From an uncultured delta proteobacterium (GTDB lineage Bacteria > Desulfobacterota > Binatia > UBA9968), in contig CAVYTU010000014.1 of assembly GCA_963771465.1 (NCBI GenBank), forward strand, positions 736,001-800,000: a stretch of DNA of 64,000 nucleotides. The letters are read 5' to 3'. The notes under the pieces were generated by a model that worked only from the letters and a program-made list of their open reading frames with translations, had not been told where the DNA came from and ran no database searches. A program made the translations under genes and the position numbers. This document shows, one piece after another, positions 18,705 through 27,836 of the stretch. How positions within the stretch are numbered: the stretch's first letter is position 1; the number at the start of each line of letters is the position of its first letter.

Positions 18705-19613
18705 TTAGACGAGTTTTTTCCCGCCGCTTTCCCATTTGCTCAGCCCTTTGCCTTGTTCCTTGCGGGCGGCGATGATGCGGCGCCATTTTTCTTCGTCGTC
18801 GAGGAGTTCTTCTTTTTGATTGGGCGCGTGGGCGGTGATTTGCAGGCGATTATTATCCGGGTCGAAGAGATAAATACTGCGCTCGCCTTCCGGTCGTAAG
18901 CCGTCGTCTGCGCGTCGATCTCCTTGGCTTCTGCCGCCATGGCGTTCGACCAACGCGACCATGGAGTCGAAATCTTCCTGCGGCACATCCATCGCCATGT
19001 GACAGCCGCGGCCATGTTTTTTGCTGCGCTCGGAGAGTTCTGCGACTTCGACGAGACCGATCATCTGGCCGTTGCGCGTCGGAATCAGCATTTCTTCGCC
19101 AAAAGGAATGGGCACAGCCGTGCCGAGCGCTTCGGAGTAAAAAGTCAGAGCCTTTTTCATGTTACAAGTTTCGAATACCGTGTGGCTGATACATTCGCTG
19201 AGCGGCTCGACGCGGCGCACGCAGCATTCGAGATGGTTGCCATCGGGATCGTCGAAATAGATTGAGCGCTCAAACGGCGCCTCGGCTGCATGTTGGACCG
19301 TGCCCTTGAACGGATGGTTGGCCAAACGTAGCGCCTGTTCAACCTGATCGAAACGCTCGCTGGTGACGCTGATTCCGATGCGCGGCCCAGCGCCCGCTGA
19401 CGGGCCGGCGCTGACTCCCGGTAGGTGTAGGCCGATTATGTTTTCGCCGGCGAGGACATAAGTTTGGCGTGGGCTGCCGTCGGGGTTACGCCGGGTGGTT
19501 TTGAACTTTAAGCCGAGAACGTCGAGGTAAAAAGTTTGATTCACTGCCAAATCGCGCACCGGGATGGCGATGTGGTCGATGGTTTCAACCCCGTAGCGAA
19601 TTTCTGCGACCAT
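18705..19613 (-). CDS. Two-domain VOC (glyoxalase/bleomycin resistance) family protein
   Basis: IDHIAIPVRDL...FYLDVLGL, SIYFDDPDGNHLE; second domain SIYLFDPDNNRLQI. GGAGG RBS before ATG 19613. Confidence 0.85.
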   Translation of the reverse strand: MVAEIRYGVETIDHIAIPVRDLAVNQTFYLDVLGLKFKTTRRNPDGSPRQTYVLAGENIIGLHLPGVSAGPSAGAGPRIGISVTSERFDQVEQALRLANHPFKGTVQHAAEAPFERSIYFDDPDGNHLECCVRRVEPLSECISHTVFETCNMKKALTFYSEALGTAVPIPFGEEMLIPTRNGQMIGLVEVAELSERSKKHGRGCHMAMDVPQEDFDSMVALVERHGGRSQGDRRADDGLRPEGERSIYLFDPDNNRLQITAHAPNQKEELLDDEEKWRRIIAARKEQGKGLSKWESGGKKLV

Positions 19614-19724
19614 GCTTGTTCCTCCAACCGCTGCGCGAGATTTCACCAATGACCGTACTTGAAAGCGCCATTGACCGTCAACCGATGGGCGAAGAATTCT
19701 TTCGCGCGTTCGGTTGCCGCGGGC

Positions 19725-20954
19725 TTAAACGATTTCGGGAAAAGTAAATTTTCTCTTGCCCAGCCGGCGCGCGCCGTTTTTCTCGATGACCACCGTGTCG
19801 CCGCAGCGGATCGAGTCGGGCGCGCTACCGGGCATGGCGCCGGGTTTGAGAACAAAAACGTTGCCTTCGACCAAGGGCAGATCGAGATGCTGGGTGTAGG
19901 TCGCGCTGGTATACATGTCGCCTTCGACTTCGCCGGTGATTTGCGGGCGGTCCTCGCCGATGCCGCGGCCGTGCAGCAACATTCCCTTCGGGATGAATCC
20001 CGCTTCACGCACCAGCTTCTGGTAAAATGCAATCACGTCGCGATAGGACACTCCCGGCTTCATGAACTTAACCAGCTCGTCGAAAACTTTCACGCTGACA
20101 TCGAAGGCTTGTTTCAAATCCGATGGGATTTTGCCGAGACAAGCGGCCTGCACGGTCTGGGCGATATAGCCGCCGTATTTCGCTTCCAACTCAGTATTGA
20201 TCATATCGCCGGCTTGGAGCGGACGGTGCGGCGCGATGCGGCAAGCCCAAGGCACGTCGACGCCGGCGCCCCAGTGGGTCATCGACGGGTAATCGCCGCC
20301 ATTGGCAATGATCGTTTGCCAGATGGTCGCCACCATGTCGTTTTCCATCACGCCTGGTTTCGCTTTCGCGAGTATCGCGGCGACGACCTGGTCGAGTATC
20401 TCCGCGGCGCGCTCCATCCAGGCTACTTCCTCTGGACTTTTGATCGACCGAGCGTCTTGCAAGACTTCCGTGGCGTTTTCAAATTGAGCATTAGGAAAGG
20501 CCTGGCGCACATTGTCGAGCATGCCGACGACCACGGTGCCTTCCGGCGCGCGCAGCAAACCGCTTAAGCCACTGACGCCGATACGGCCATTATCCAATTT
20601 TAATTCCTTCATTCGCGCGATTAGCGGCGGACTCCAGGAACGGCGCGACGGGCGAATATCTTTGATCCAGTCCTGGGCGATGTTCCACCATTCGATCTCG
20701 TTGCCGCCGCGGACAAATGCCGTCGGCTCCTCGGCCTGCGGGAAAACCACGGCGACTTCGGTCTGATGGCCACCGATGTGAGTCAGATAGCGAATGTCGG
20801 CCTGAAACTGATCCCAGTGGCTTTGATTGGGAAAACCAATAATGGCATCGAGCCTTTCTTGGCGCATGAGCTCGCGTACGCGGCGCCAGCGCCGCTCGCG
20901 CTCGGCTAAACTGAATCTTGGTAAACCGAAGCCTCTTTCACCGCTGTTGATCAT
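19725..20954 (-). CDS. M24 (creatinase/prolidase fold) family protein with degenerate metal ligands
   Basis: Creatinase-N domain (ERERRWRRVRELMRQERLDAI), RSIKSPEE, LHGRG, GDTVVIEKNG. Start 20954 or 20987. Confidence 0.85.
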   Translation of the reverse strand: MINSGERGFGLPRFSLAERERRWRRVRELMRQERLDAIIGFPNQSHWDQFQADIRYLTHIGGHQTEVAVVFPQAEEPTAFVRGGNEIEWWNIAQDWIKDIRPSRRSWSPPLIARMKELKLDNGRIGVSGLSGLLRAPEGTVVVGMLDNVRQAFPNAQFENATEVLQDARSIKSPEEVAWMERAAEILDQVVAAILAKAKPGVMENDMVATIWQTIIANGGDYPSMTHWGAGVDVPWACRIAPHRPLQAGDMINTELEAKYGGYIAQTVQAACLGKIPSDLKQAFDVSVKVFDELVKFMKPGVSYRDVIAFYQKLVREAGFIPKGMLLHGRGIGEDRPQITGEVEGDMYTSATYTQHLDLPLVEGNVFVLKPGAMPGSAPDSIRCGDTVVIEKNGARRLGKRKFTFPEIV

Positions 20955-21133
20955 ACCACTAGCGCTCGCTTTCCTTTGAAGATTCATTACCTTATATGGT
21001 GATGCGGGAACGGGTACAAGGTTAGCCCTGGAATTGCCAAAGGCTAGCTGGTAGAGTGCCGAGCCGTGAATACCAGCGGCGTTAATCGTACTTCAACATT
21101 TCGGGCCGCTCGGTAATTCCCCGCCAAACTTCG

Positions 21134-22540
21134 ATGCAGTACCTGGCTATTTGCGAGGACGATCTCCTGTTTCAGTTCATGCGCAACGTCGCGGCGGAAC
21201 AAGGCGACGTGCGTTATCTCGTGCCCAATGAAACAATCGCGCGCCGGATCCGACGGCAGGGCGGCAACGTGCGTCACGGCGATCTCACCAAAGAAGAGAC
21301 TTACAAGAAGCTCAAACTACGTCATGTCGATCAGGCGATCGTGTTTGTGCGCGACGCCGGCGATCAGATCGCGGTTTGCCGGCTGCTCCGCGGTTTGGAC
21401 AAGAACCTTTCCATCGTTTCGTTGACCTCGGAAAAAAACGGCAAGAAAGAAGCCAATGGCTCGGATGACGGGCTGCTGCGCCACTTGCAGCTTGCCGATA
21501 TCTTCGCGGAGTTCTGCGCCGCACAGCTGCTCGACACGCTGAATATCAAAAAAGTCGAGCGCATTCGCTCGCTGTTCGGCGAGGGCGAGAAAATCCATAT
21601 TCTCTTGCAGCATGATCCCGATCCCGACGCCATCGGTAGCGCGCTGGCACTGCGCGAGTTACTCGGCCGCAACCGCGCCACGACCCCGATTGTCACTTTT
21701 GGCGGCATCACACGGCCGGAGAATCTCGCCATGATTCGCTTGCTGGATATCCAAGTCGAAAAGATTTCCTATAACGATCTCCACAAGGACAGTGCCCGAT
21801 TGGCTTTGGTCGACGTCCAGCCGCCTTATTTCGGCGCAACGCTGGGAAGAGTCGATCTGGTCGTCGATCATCATCCTAAACGGACCAATTTCAAAGCGCG
21901 CTTCGCCGATCTGCGCAGCGGTTACGGCTCGACGGCGACGATTTTTACCGAATATCTGCGCGCCGCCGCCATGGAACCGTCGCAGCGGCTGGCGACGGCG
22001 CTGCTCTATGGCATCAAGACCGACACGTTGTTTCTCGAGCGCGGCAGCAACCTCGCCGACTTGAGCGCGTTCAATTTTCTCTATCCGATCGCCAACAAGG
22101 CGATGATCACGCGCATCGAACGGCCGGCGTTACCGCGCGAAGATCTCGAAGCGATGGGGCGCGCGCTCAGCCGCTTGCAAGTCGAAAGCGGCGTCGCCGT
22201 GATTCACTTGGGTGAAGTGAACCGCGAAGACGTGATTCCGCAAATGGCCGAGTTTTGTTTGCAAATCGAAGGCGCGGATTGGAGCGTGGTTTCCGGGCTG
22301 GTAAACGACCGCGTGGTGATTTGCGTGCGCAACGTCGGCTACGTCAAGAGCGCCGGCGACATCATGAAAAAACTCTACGACGACATCGGCAGCGCCGGTG
22401 GCCACAGGGCGATGGCCAAAGCCGTCGTGCCTCTCGATCGTTTCAAAGAACGCTACGGTGAAGTCAGCGAGAAAGTGATCCTCGACGCCATGCTGCCCAT
22501 GATCGTTGACCGCGATCAGATCGAGCTCGAACTGCGCTGA
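21134..22540 (+). CDS. DHH/DHHA1 phosphoesterase (NrnA/Pde2-like) with N-terminal RCK/TrkA-N-like domain
   Basis: HDPDPDAIGS, LVD, VDHH, GIKTDT, SAGGH motifs; N-terminus contains VRHGDLTKEETYKKLKL..VDQAIV (RCK-like). Confidence 0.88.
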   Translation: MQYLAICEDDLLFQFMRNVAAEQGDVRYLVPNETIARRIRRQGGNVRHGDLTKEETYKKLKLRHVDQAIVFVRDAGDQIAVCRLLRGLDKNLSIVSLTSEKNGKKEANGSDDGLLRHLQLADIFAEFCAAQLLDTLNIKKVERIRSLFGEGEKIHILLQHDPDPDAIGSALALRELLGRNRATTPIVTFGGITRPENLAMIRLLDIQVEKISYNDLHKDSARLALVDVQPPYFGATLGRVDLVVDHHPKRTNFKARFADLRSGYGSTATIFTEYLRAAAMEPSQRLATALLYGIKTDTLFLERGSNLADLSAFNFLYPIANKAMITRIERPALPREDLEAMGRALSRLQVESGVAVIHLGEVNREDVIPQMAEFCLQIEGADWSVVSGLVNDRVVICVRNVGYVKSAGDIMKKLYDDIGSAGGHRAMAKAVVPLDRFKERYGEVSEKVILDAMLPMIVDRDQIELELR

Positions 22541-22554
22541 GGCGGGAATTCTTA

Positions 22555-22645
22555 GAATGATGGAGTAGTGGAGTGTTGGAGTAATGTTTTTTTCCGAACC
22601 CCAACGCGCCATTACTCCAATACTCCATCGCTCCAATTTCCATTC
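22555..22645. repeat. Inverted octamer-array hairpin element
   Basis: TGGAGTAG-TGGAGTGT-TGGAGTAA ... TTACTCCA-ATACTCCA-TCGCTCCA; core contains TTTCCGAACC. Confidence 0.88.
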
Positions 22646-22651
22646 TTCTGA

Positions 22652-22681
22652 TTGACAAGCGAACCGCCACCGCGATAGGTT
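22652..22681 (+). promoter_or_regulatory. Putative sigma70 promoter of the cupin-VOC-VOC operon
   Basis: TTGACA - 18 bp - TAGGTT. Confidence 0.4.
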
Positions 22682-22712
22682 CGGCACCATCAATATTGAT
22701 CGGGAGGGTGAT

Positions 22713-23066
22713 ATGGAGTGTCACAATCTAGAGCAGAAGATCGACGAGGCGCGGGAGCAGAAGATTCGCAACAGCCATCTCTTTGGCACGGAAAATTTTC
22801 GCTCGTGGATGCTTTATTTCGATGCAGGCGATGAGACGCCGATGCATTTTCATCAAAACCCGGAGTCGTTTCTGGTTGTCCAAGGGCAGTGCTCGGTGAA
22901 AGATCCCAAAGGCGGAGAGCAAATTTTCAAAAAGAACGACATCCTTTTTATCCGCGCCAAAGAGTATTATCAGTTGATCAACAAGGGACCCGAGCCACTA
23001 GTAATGTTCGGCAATCGCTCCGAGCCCTTTGGCATCGGCATCACGCGGGCGGCGGAAGCAAAATAG
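22713..23066 (+). CDS. Cupin domain protein
   Basis: TPMHFHQNPESFLVVQG cupin motif 1; GGAGG RBS. Confidence 0.85.
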   Translation: MECHNLEQKIDEAREQKIRNSHLFGTENFRSWMLYFDAGDETPMHFHQNPESFLVVQGQCSVKDPKGGEQIFKKNDILFIRAKEYYQLINKGPEPLVMFGNRSEPFGIGITRAAEAK

Positions 23067-23103
23067 TTCAGTCAAACTCAATTTCAAATTTTAGGAGTAC
23101 ATC

Positions 23104-23496
23104 ATGCCCAAGCTCAAACATCTGGCCATTCGCACCGAAGATACCGGGAAACTCGCGTCCTTTTATGTGGATGTTTTTGAAATGCAGATCCTGCATAAAG
23201 ACAAGAAGGAAGGCGGTGTGATTTATTTAACCGACGGGTATTTCAATTTAGCGATCCTGCCCAATCATGAACAGAACTCGCCCAACGGTCTGTACCATTT
23301 TGGCTTCGAAGTTGAGAACGGCGAGAAGATCGTCGAGAGGATGAAGAAGTTCAATGCCAACAAGTTACCCAAGCAGCGTCCCAATGGTCGGCCTTATGCG
23401 GAGACGCGCGGTTCGGATATCGACGGCAACTTCTTCGATATTTCAGAGCACGGCTTTCAAGTCGTGCAACCGGTGGGCGGCAAGGAAGTGGACTAA
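23104..23496 (+). CDS. VOC family protein (copy 1)
   Basis: KHLAIRT, GLYHFGFEV, DIDGNFFDIS; AGGAG RBS. Confidence 0.9.
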   Translation: MPKLKHLAIRTEDTGKLASFYVDVFEMQILHKDKKEGGVIYLTDGYFNLAILPNHEQNSPNGLYHFGFEVENGEKIVERMKKFNANKLPKQRPNGRPYAETRGSDIDGNFFDISEHGFQVVQPVGGKEVD

Positions 23497-23531
23497 CAAC
23501 GGCGCAGAAACGTTAAGGCAAGGAGAACAAT

Positions 23532-23930
23532 ATGCCTAAGATCAAACATTTGGCTATTCGCACCGAAGATACCGGCAAGCTCGCGACATTTTATATGGAT
23601 GTCTTCGAGATGCAGATGCTGCACAAGGAGAAAAACGAAGGCGGTGCGATTTTCCTGACCGACGGATATTTCAATCTGGCGATCCTGCCCAATCATGAGC
23701 AGAACGCGCCCAATGGTCTGTACCATTTCGGCTTCGAAGTGGAGAGCGGCGAGAAGATCGTCGACCGAATGAAAAAGATCAACCCCAATAAGCTGCCCAA
23801 AGGTCGCCCCAACGGCCGTCCCTACGCCGAGACGCGCGGCTCGGATCCCGATGGCAATTATTTCGATATTTCGGAGCATGGTTTTCAGAAGGTTGTGCCG
23901 CTCGGTGAGAAAGAGAAGCAATCTAGTTAG
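23532..23930 (+). CDS. VOC family protein (copy 2, tandem paralog)
   Basis: About 80-85% aa identical to 23104..23496 by eye; AGGAG RBS. Confidence 0.9.
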   Translation: MPKIKHLAIRTEDTGKLATFYMDVFEMQMLHKEKNEGGAIFLTDGYFNLAILPNHEQNAPNGLYHFGFEVESGEKIVDRMKKINPNKLPKGRPNGRPYAETRGSDPDGNYFDISEHGFQKVVPLGEKEKQSS

Positions 23931-24056
23931 CGAGACTCGTGCCGCTGAGTCCGTCTCGATTCGTTGATGCCGGTTTGTCGGGCATCATCGGGTCCGTCCG
24001 GCTACGACGAACGGTGAAAGCGAGTTCCCGCCGATGACGAGATTCAGATTTGCGCC

Positions 24057-25068
24057 GTGGCAACCGACTGGTTTGGCGGCTGCTGTGCGCTGATCGTCAT
24101 TCTCTCGTTGCTCGTTTGCGCGCCGAGTCCGATAGCAGCCCAGACCAAGTCCAATCTTTCTTCCAGCGTGACCAGCGAAAGCATGACCCACGTCTGGGTG
24201 GCGCGCGAGCGCGGCTTGTTCAAAAAATATGGCGTCGACATGCAGTTCATCCTCATGCCGCGCAATCCCTTGGCTATCGCCGCTTTGCTCGCCGGTGAGA
24301 TCGACGCCGCGATCATCGGCCCCGGTCATCTTGTCAACGCCGGGCTGAGCGGCGCGGAACTCGCCGGCATCGCCAACTTCAATCAGAAGCTAGACTTCCG
24401 CCTCAACACACGCCCCGACATCAAGAAGCCGGAAGATCTGCGCGGCAAACGGATCGCGGTGAGCGGTCCAGGATCGACGTCGCATCTGGTATCGATGTTG
24501 GCGCTCCAGGGTCTCAGCATCGATCCATGCAAAGATTACTTTTCTGACGATACCGGGGACTGAAATGAATCGGCGCTTGGCGCTCGAGAGCGGCAGTGTC
24601 GATGCCACCACGCTTAGAGGCGCGATGGGCGAGGTCTACGCCAACAAAGGTTACACCTTGCTTTATAACTTGAAGTCCGCCGGCGTGACCTTGCCGCAGA
24701 ACATGATGGTGACGACGCGGCGCACGGCGGCGACCAAGCCGCAGGTGATCGAAGGTCATTTGAAAGCCACGATCGAGGCGATCGCGATGATCAACGATCC
24801 AGCTAACAAGGAACTGGTAAGCCGGCTCTTGGCATCGAACCTGCGCTTGAGCAATCCGGCCGATGTCGAGGAATCCTATCAAGCCGTGATCACCAATTAC
24901 GAGCGCGCGCCGCATACCAGCGTGGAGGGAATGAAGCGGCTGCAAAAACTCTTGATCCAGCTCAACCCAAAGATCGCCGAGGTGCGGGTTGAGACGCTGA
25001 TCGATAACTCTTTCATGAACAAGCTCGAAAGCTCCGGGTTCATCCAGAGCCTGTATAAGAAGAATTGA
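24057..25068 (+). pseudogene. NMT1/SsuA-type ABC substrate-binding protein, frameshifted near 24528
   Basis: ORFs 24057..24563 (WVARERGLFKKYG, DLRGKRIAVSGPGS) and 24565..25068 join as ...SIDP/AKITFLTIPGTEMNRRLAL after a frame change at GATCCATGCAAAG. Confidence 0.8.
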
Positions 25069-25117
25069 TCAGCCATATCGCATTTTATCATTTCATCGAA
25101 GATGGAGATTGTGAACC

Positions 25118-26587
25118 GTGAGAACTGAGAACGTAGCCGTGGTGGTTGTCGGTGGCGGCAGCGCCGCCTTTGAAGCGGCGGTGGCGGCCAAGCAGGCCGG
25201 CGCGCCGAAAGTCGTCATGCTCGAGAAAGCGCCGGAGCCGGAATTCGGCGGCAACGCGCGCTATTCGCACACCGGTTTTCGCTGGGTGTTTTCCGGCCCC
25301 GATGAGATTCGCAAGTTCCTGCCGGACATGGACGACGCCATGTTCGCCAAGCTGCATATCCCGGCCTACACCGCGGAACAATTTCACGCCGACCTGCAGC
25401 GGGTTACGCGGGGACGGATCAGCAAAGAACTGTCCGAGGTCTTGGTGACGCAATCGACCGCGGCGATTCATTGGATGCGCGAAGTCGGCATCAAATGGGA
25501 CATCGACAGTTATGTGATCATCGACGGTAAATATTATTTCGAACCGGGGATGGTGATCCATCCGCGCGGCGGCGTTGAGGGCGGACTGGATCAGCTCATG
25601 CAGTGGCGCGAGATTGCCACTAAGATGGGCATTGAGCTGCGCTACGAATCGCGGGTCGCGGCGCTGCTCGGCAACGACCGGCGCATCGATGGCGTGCGCG
25701 TTTCCGATCCCAACGAAGAGTATGAAATTCGCGCTAACTCGGTGATCCTGTGCGCCGGCGGTTTTCAGGCGAGCGCGGAGAAGCGCGCGCGTTATCTCGG
25801 CCCCAACGCCGATTTGATGAAGGTGCGCGGCAGCAAGCATGACACCGGCGAAGTGCTCATGATGGCGATCGACTTGGGCGCCAAAACCGCCGGCCATTGG
25901 CAAGGCGCGCATGCGACGCCGATCGACGCGACTTTTCCCGACGTCGAAATCAGCAATAAAGCCAATCGCTACGGCTACACCTACGGCATCACCGTGAATT
26001 CCTTGGGCCAGCGCTTTTTCGACGAAGGCGAAGCACGCCATTCTTACACCTACGCCAAGACCGGTTGGGCGGTGTTGGCGCAACCGGGTGCGGTTGCCTA
26101 TCAAATCTACGATCAAAAGGCGCTGGCGTTTTTGAACAAACGCTATTACGAATTTTCCCATCCCATCGAAGCGAGCACGATTGAAGAGTTGGCGCAGAAG
26201 ATCAGCATCGAGCCGATGATTCTCAAACGGACCGTCGAGGAATTCAACGGCGCGATCCGCAAGGACATTCCGTTCGACGCCACCAAACTGGATGGGCGCT
26301 GCACCGAGGGTATCACGCCGAAGAAATCCCACTGGGCTGATACCCTCGACAAGCCGCCCTACTTCGCGTACGCGATCACTGGCGGTGTGACGTTCACCTT
26401 CGGCGGCTTGCAGATCAATACCCAGGCGCAGGTGTTGAATACATCGAACAATCCGATTCGCGGTCTGTTCGCCTCTGGTGACATCGTCGGATTGTTCTTC
26501 CACAACTACCCGTCCTGCACCGGCCAGACGCGCAATGTGGTTTTCTCCCGGCTAGCCGGTAGAAACGCAGCGGCGCAGGGATTGTAA
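25118..26587 (+). CDS. tcuA: FAD-dependent tricarballylate dehydrogenase-like flavoprotein (TcuA/CobZ family)
   Basis: VVVGGGSAA FAD motif, GGNARYS, LCAGGFQA, TFTFGGL, FFHNYPSCTG. GTG start. Confidence 0.75.
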   Translation: MRTENVAVVVVGGGSAAFEAAVAAKQAGAPKVVMLEKAPEPEFGGNARYSHTGFRWVFSGPDEIRKFLPDMDDAMFAKLHIPAYTAEQFHADLQRVTRGRISKELSEVLVTQSTAAIHWMREVGIKWDIDSYVIIDGKYYFEPGMVIHPRGGVEGGLDQLMQWREIATKMGIELRYESRVAALLGNDRRIDGVRVSDPNEEYEIRANSVILCAGGFQASAEKRARYLGPNADLMKVRGSKHDTGEVLMMAIDLGAKTAGHWQGAHATPIDATFPDVEISNKANRYGYTYGITVNSLGQRFFDEGEARHSYTYAKTGWAVLAQPGAVAYQIYDQKALAFLNKRYYEFSHPIEASTIEELAQKISIEPMILKRTVEEFNGAIRKDIPFDATKLDGRCTEGITPKKSHWADTLDKPPYFAYAITGGVTFTFGGLQINTQAQVLNTSNNPIRGLFASGDIVGLFFHNYPSCTGQTRNVVFSRLAGRNAAAQGL

Positions 26588-26692
26588 CGCCGCGGCCGAT
26601 ATCATTGCTTCAGTGCAGGATGACGTGAAACGTAATCCAAAAATCTCCCGTACGCTGAGCATCATCGGGGCTAATCGGATGATGAGACTCAC

Positions 26693-27766
26693 ATGACTCG
26701 ACGGAGACTTTGCAACGGTGGGCGAAAGGTATGGACGACATTAATCCTGATAGTCTTCGTTGTTGCCGCCGGCTCGGCCGCGCGCCTCGAGGCGCAGAGT
26801 CGCGAGCCTTTCTTTGACGGCAAGACGATTCGCTTTCTCGTCGCCAGCGGTCCCGGCGCCACCACGGACATCAGCGCGCGTCTTGTCGGCCGCTACTTGG
26901 GCAAACACATTCCGGGAAATCCCGGTGTCGTCGTGCAAAACATGTCGGGAGCCGGCGGCATCGTCGCGGCCAATTATCTATTCAACGTCGCCAAGCCGGA
27001 CGGGCTCACGGTCGCCGCGATCAGCCGCGCCAACTACATAGAACAAATGGTTGGCCGTACAGAAGTGAAAACCGATTTTCGCAAACTCAGTTGGATCGGC
27101 AGCTTTAATAAGTCGCCGATGATGATGGCATGCCGGTCGGACACCGAGTACAAGAGTATTGCCGCCATACGTGCGGCTAAGACGGCGCCACGATTCGGTC
27201 AATCCGGGACGGGCAGTATCAGTTTCGTTTTTGCCAATTTGATCGAACGGATTCTCGATATAAAAGTAAAGAACGTTACCGGTTTTCAATCCGGCCGCGA
27301 CACCGACTTGGGACTGGAACGGGGTGAAGTGGATTGCCGCGCGACCTCCGACGTGACGGTTATTCGCGCGCCGTGGAATCGTTGGGTTAAGGACAATTAT
27401 GTCACGTTCGTCCTCCAGCAGGGACCGGAAAAGAGCGTGCTGCTGCCGCCTGTCCCAACCGTCGCCGAGCTTGCGCGCCCGGAAGCGAAGCCATACCTCG
27501 ATCTCATGAATGTTATGCTCGCGTACACCGAATTTGATCGACCTTTTGCCGGTCCGCCTGGTATACCGAATGAGCGGCTACAGATTTTGCGGGAGAGTTT
27601 CGAGCGCATGTTAAAGGACGCTGAGTTTGCCGCTGAAGCAAAAAAACTCGTGGACTGGGACGGCGCGACTTATCTCAGCGGCGAGCAGCTCCAAAAAAAG
27701 ATGATCGCTACGGTCACCCAGCCGCCGGAGGTCATCAAGCGGGTGAAGGAAATTCTCGCAGAGTAA
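26693..27766 (+). CDS. Tripartite tricarboxylate transporter substrate-binding protein (Bug/TctC family), copy 1
   Basis: GKTIRFLV..GPGATTDISAR, VVQNMSGAGG, AKPDGLT, ERGEVD, PPGIP. Confidence 0.88.
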   Translation: MTRRRLCNGGRKVWTTLILIVFVVAAGSAARLEAQSREPFFDGKTIRFLVASGPGATTDISARLVGRYLGKHIPGNPGVVVQNMSGAGGIVAANYLFNVAKPDGLTVAAISRANYIEQMVGRTEVKTDFRKLSWIGSFNKSPMMMACRSDTEYKSIAAIRAAKTAPRFGQSGTGSISFVFANLIERILDIKVKNVTGFQSGRDTDLGLERGEVDCRATSDVTVIRAPWNRWVKDNYVTFVLQQGPEKSVLLPPVPTVAELARPEAKPYLDLMNVMLAYTEFDRPFAGPPGIPNERLQILRESFERMLKDAEFAAEAKKLVDWDGATYLSGEQLQKKMIATVTQPPEVIKRVKEILAE

Positions 27767-27836
27767 TAGGTTACTTTACCGAGCCCGATAGGGGCATGCA
27801 GGCGCAGGCGCTCTTATTGGTGATGCAAAACTAAAA

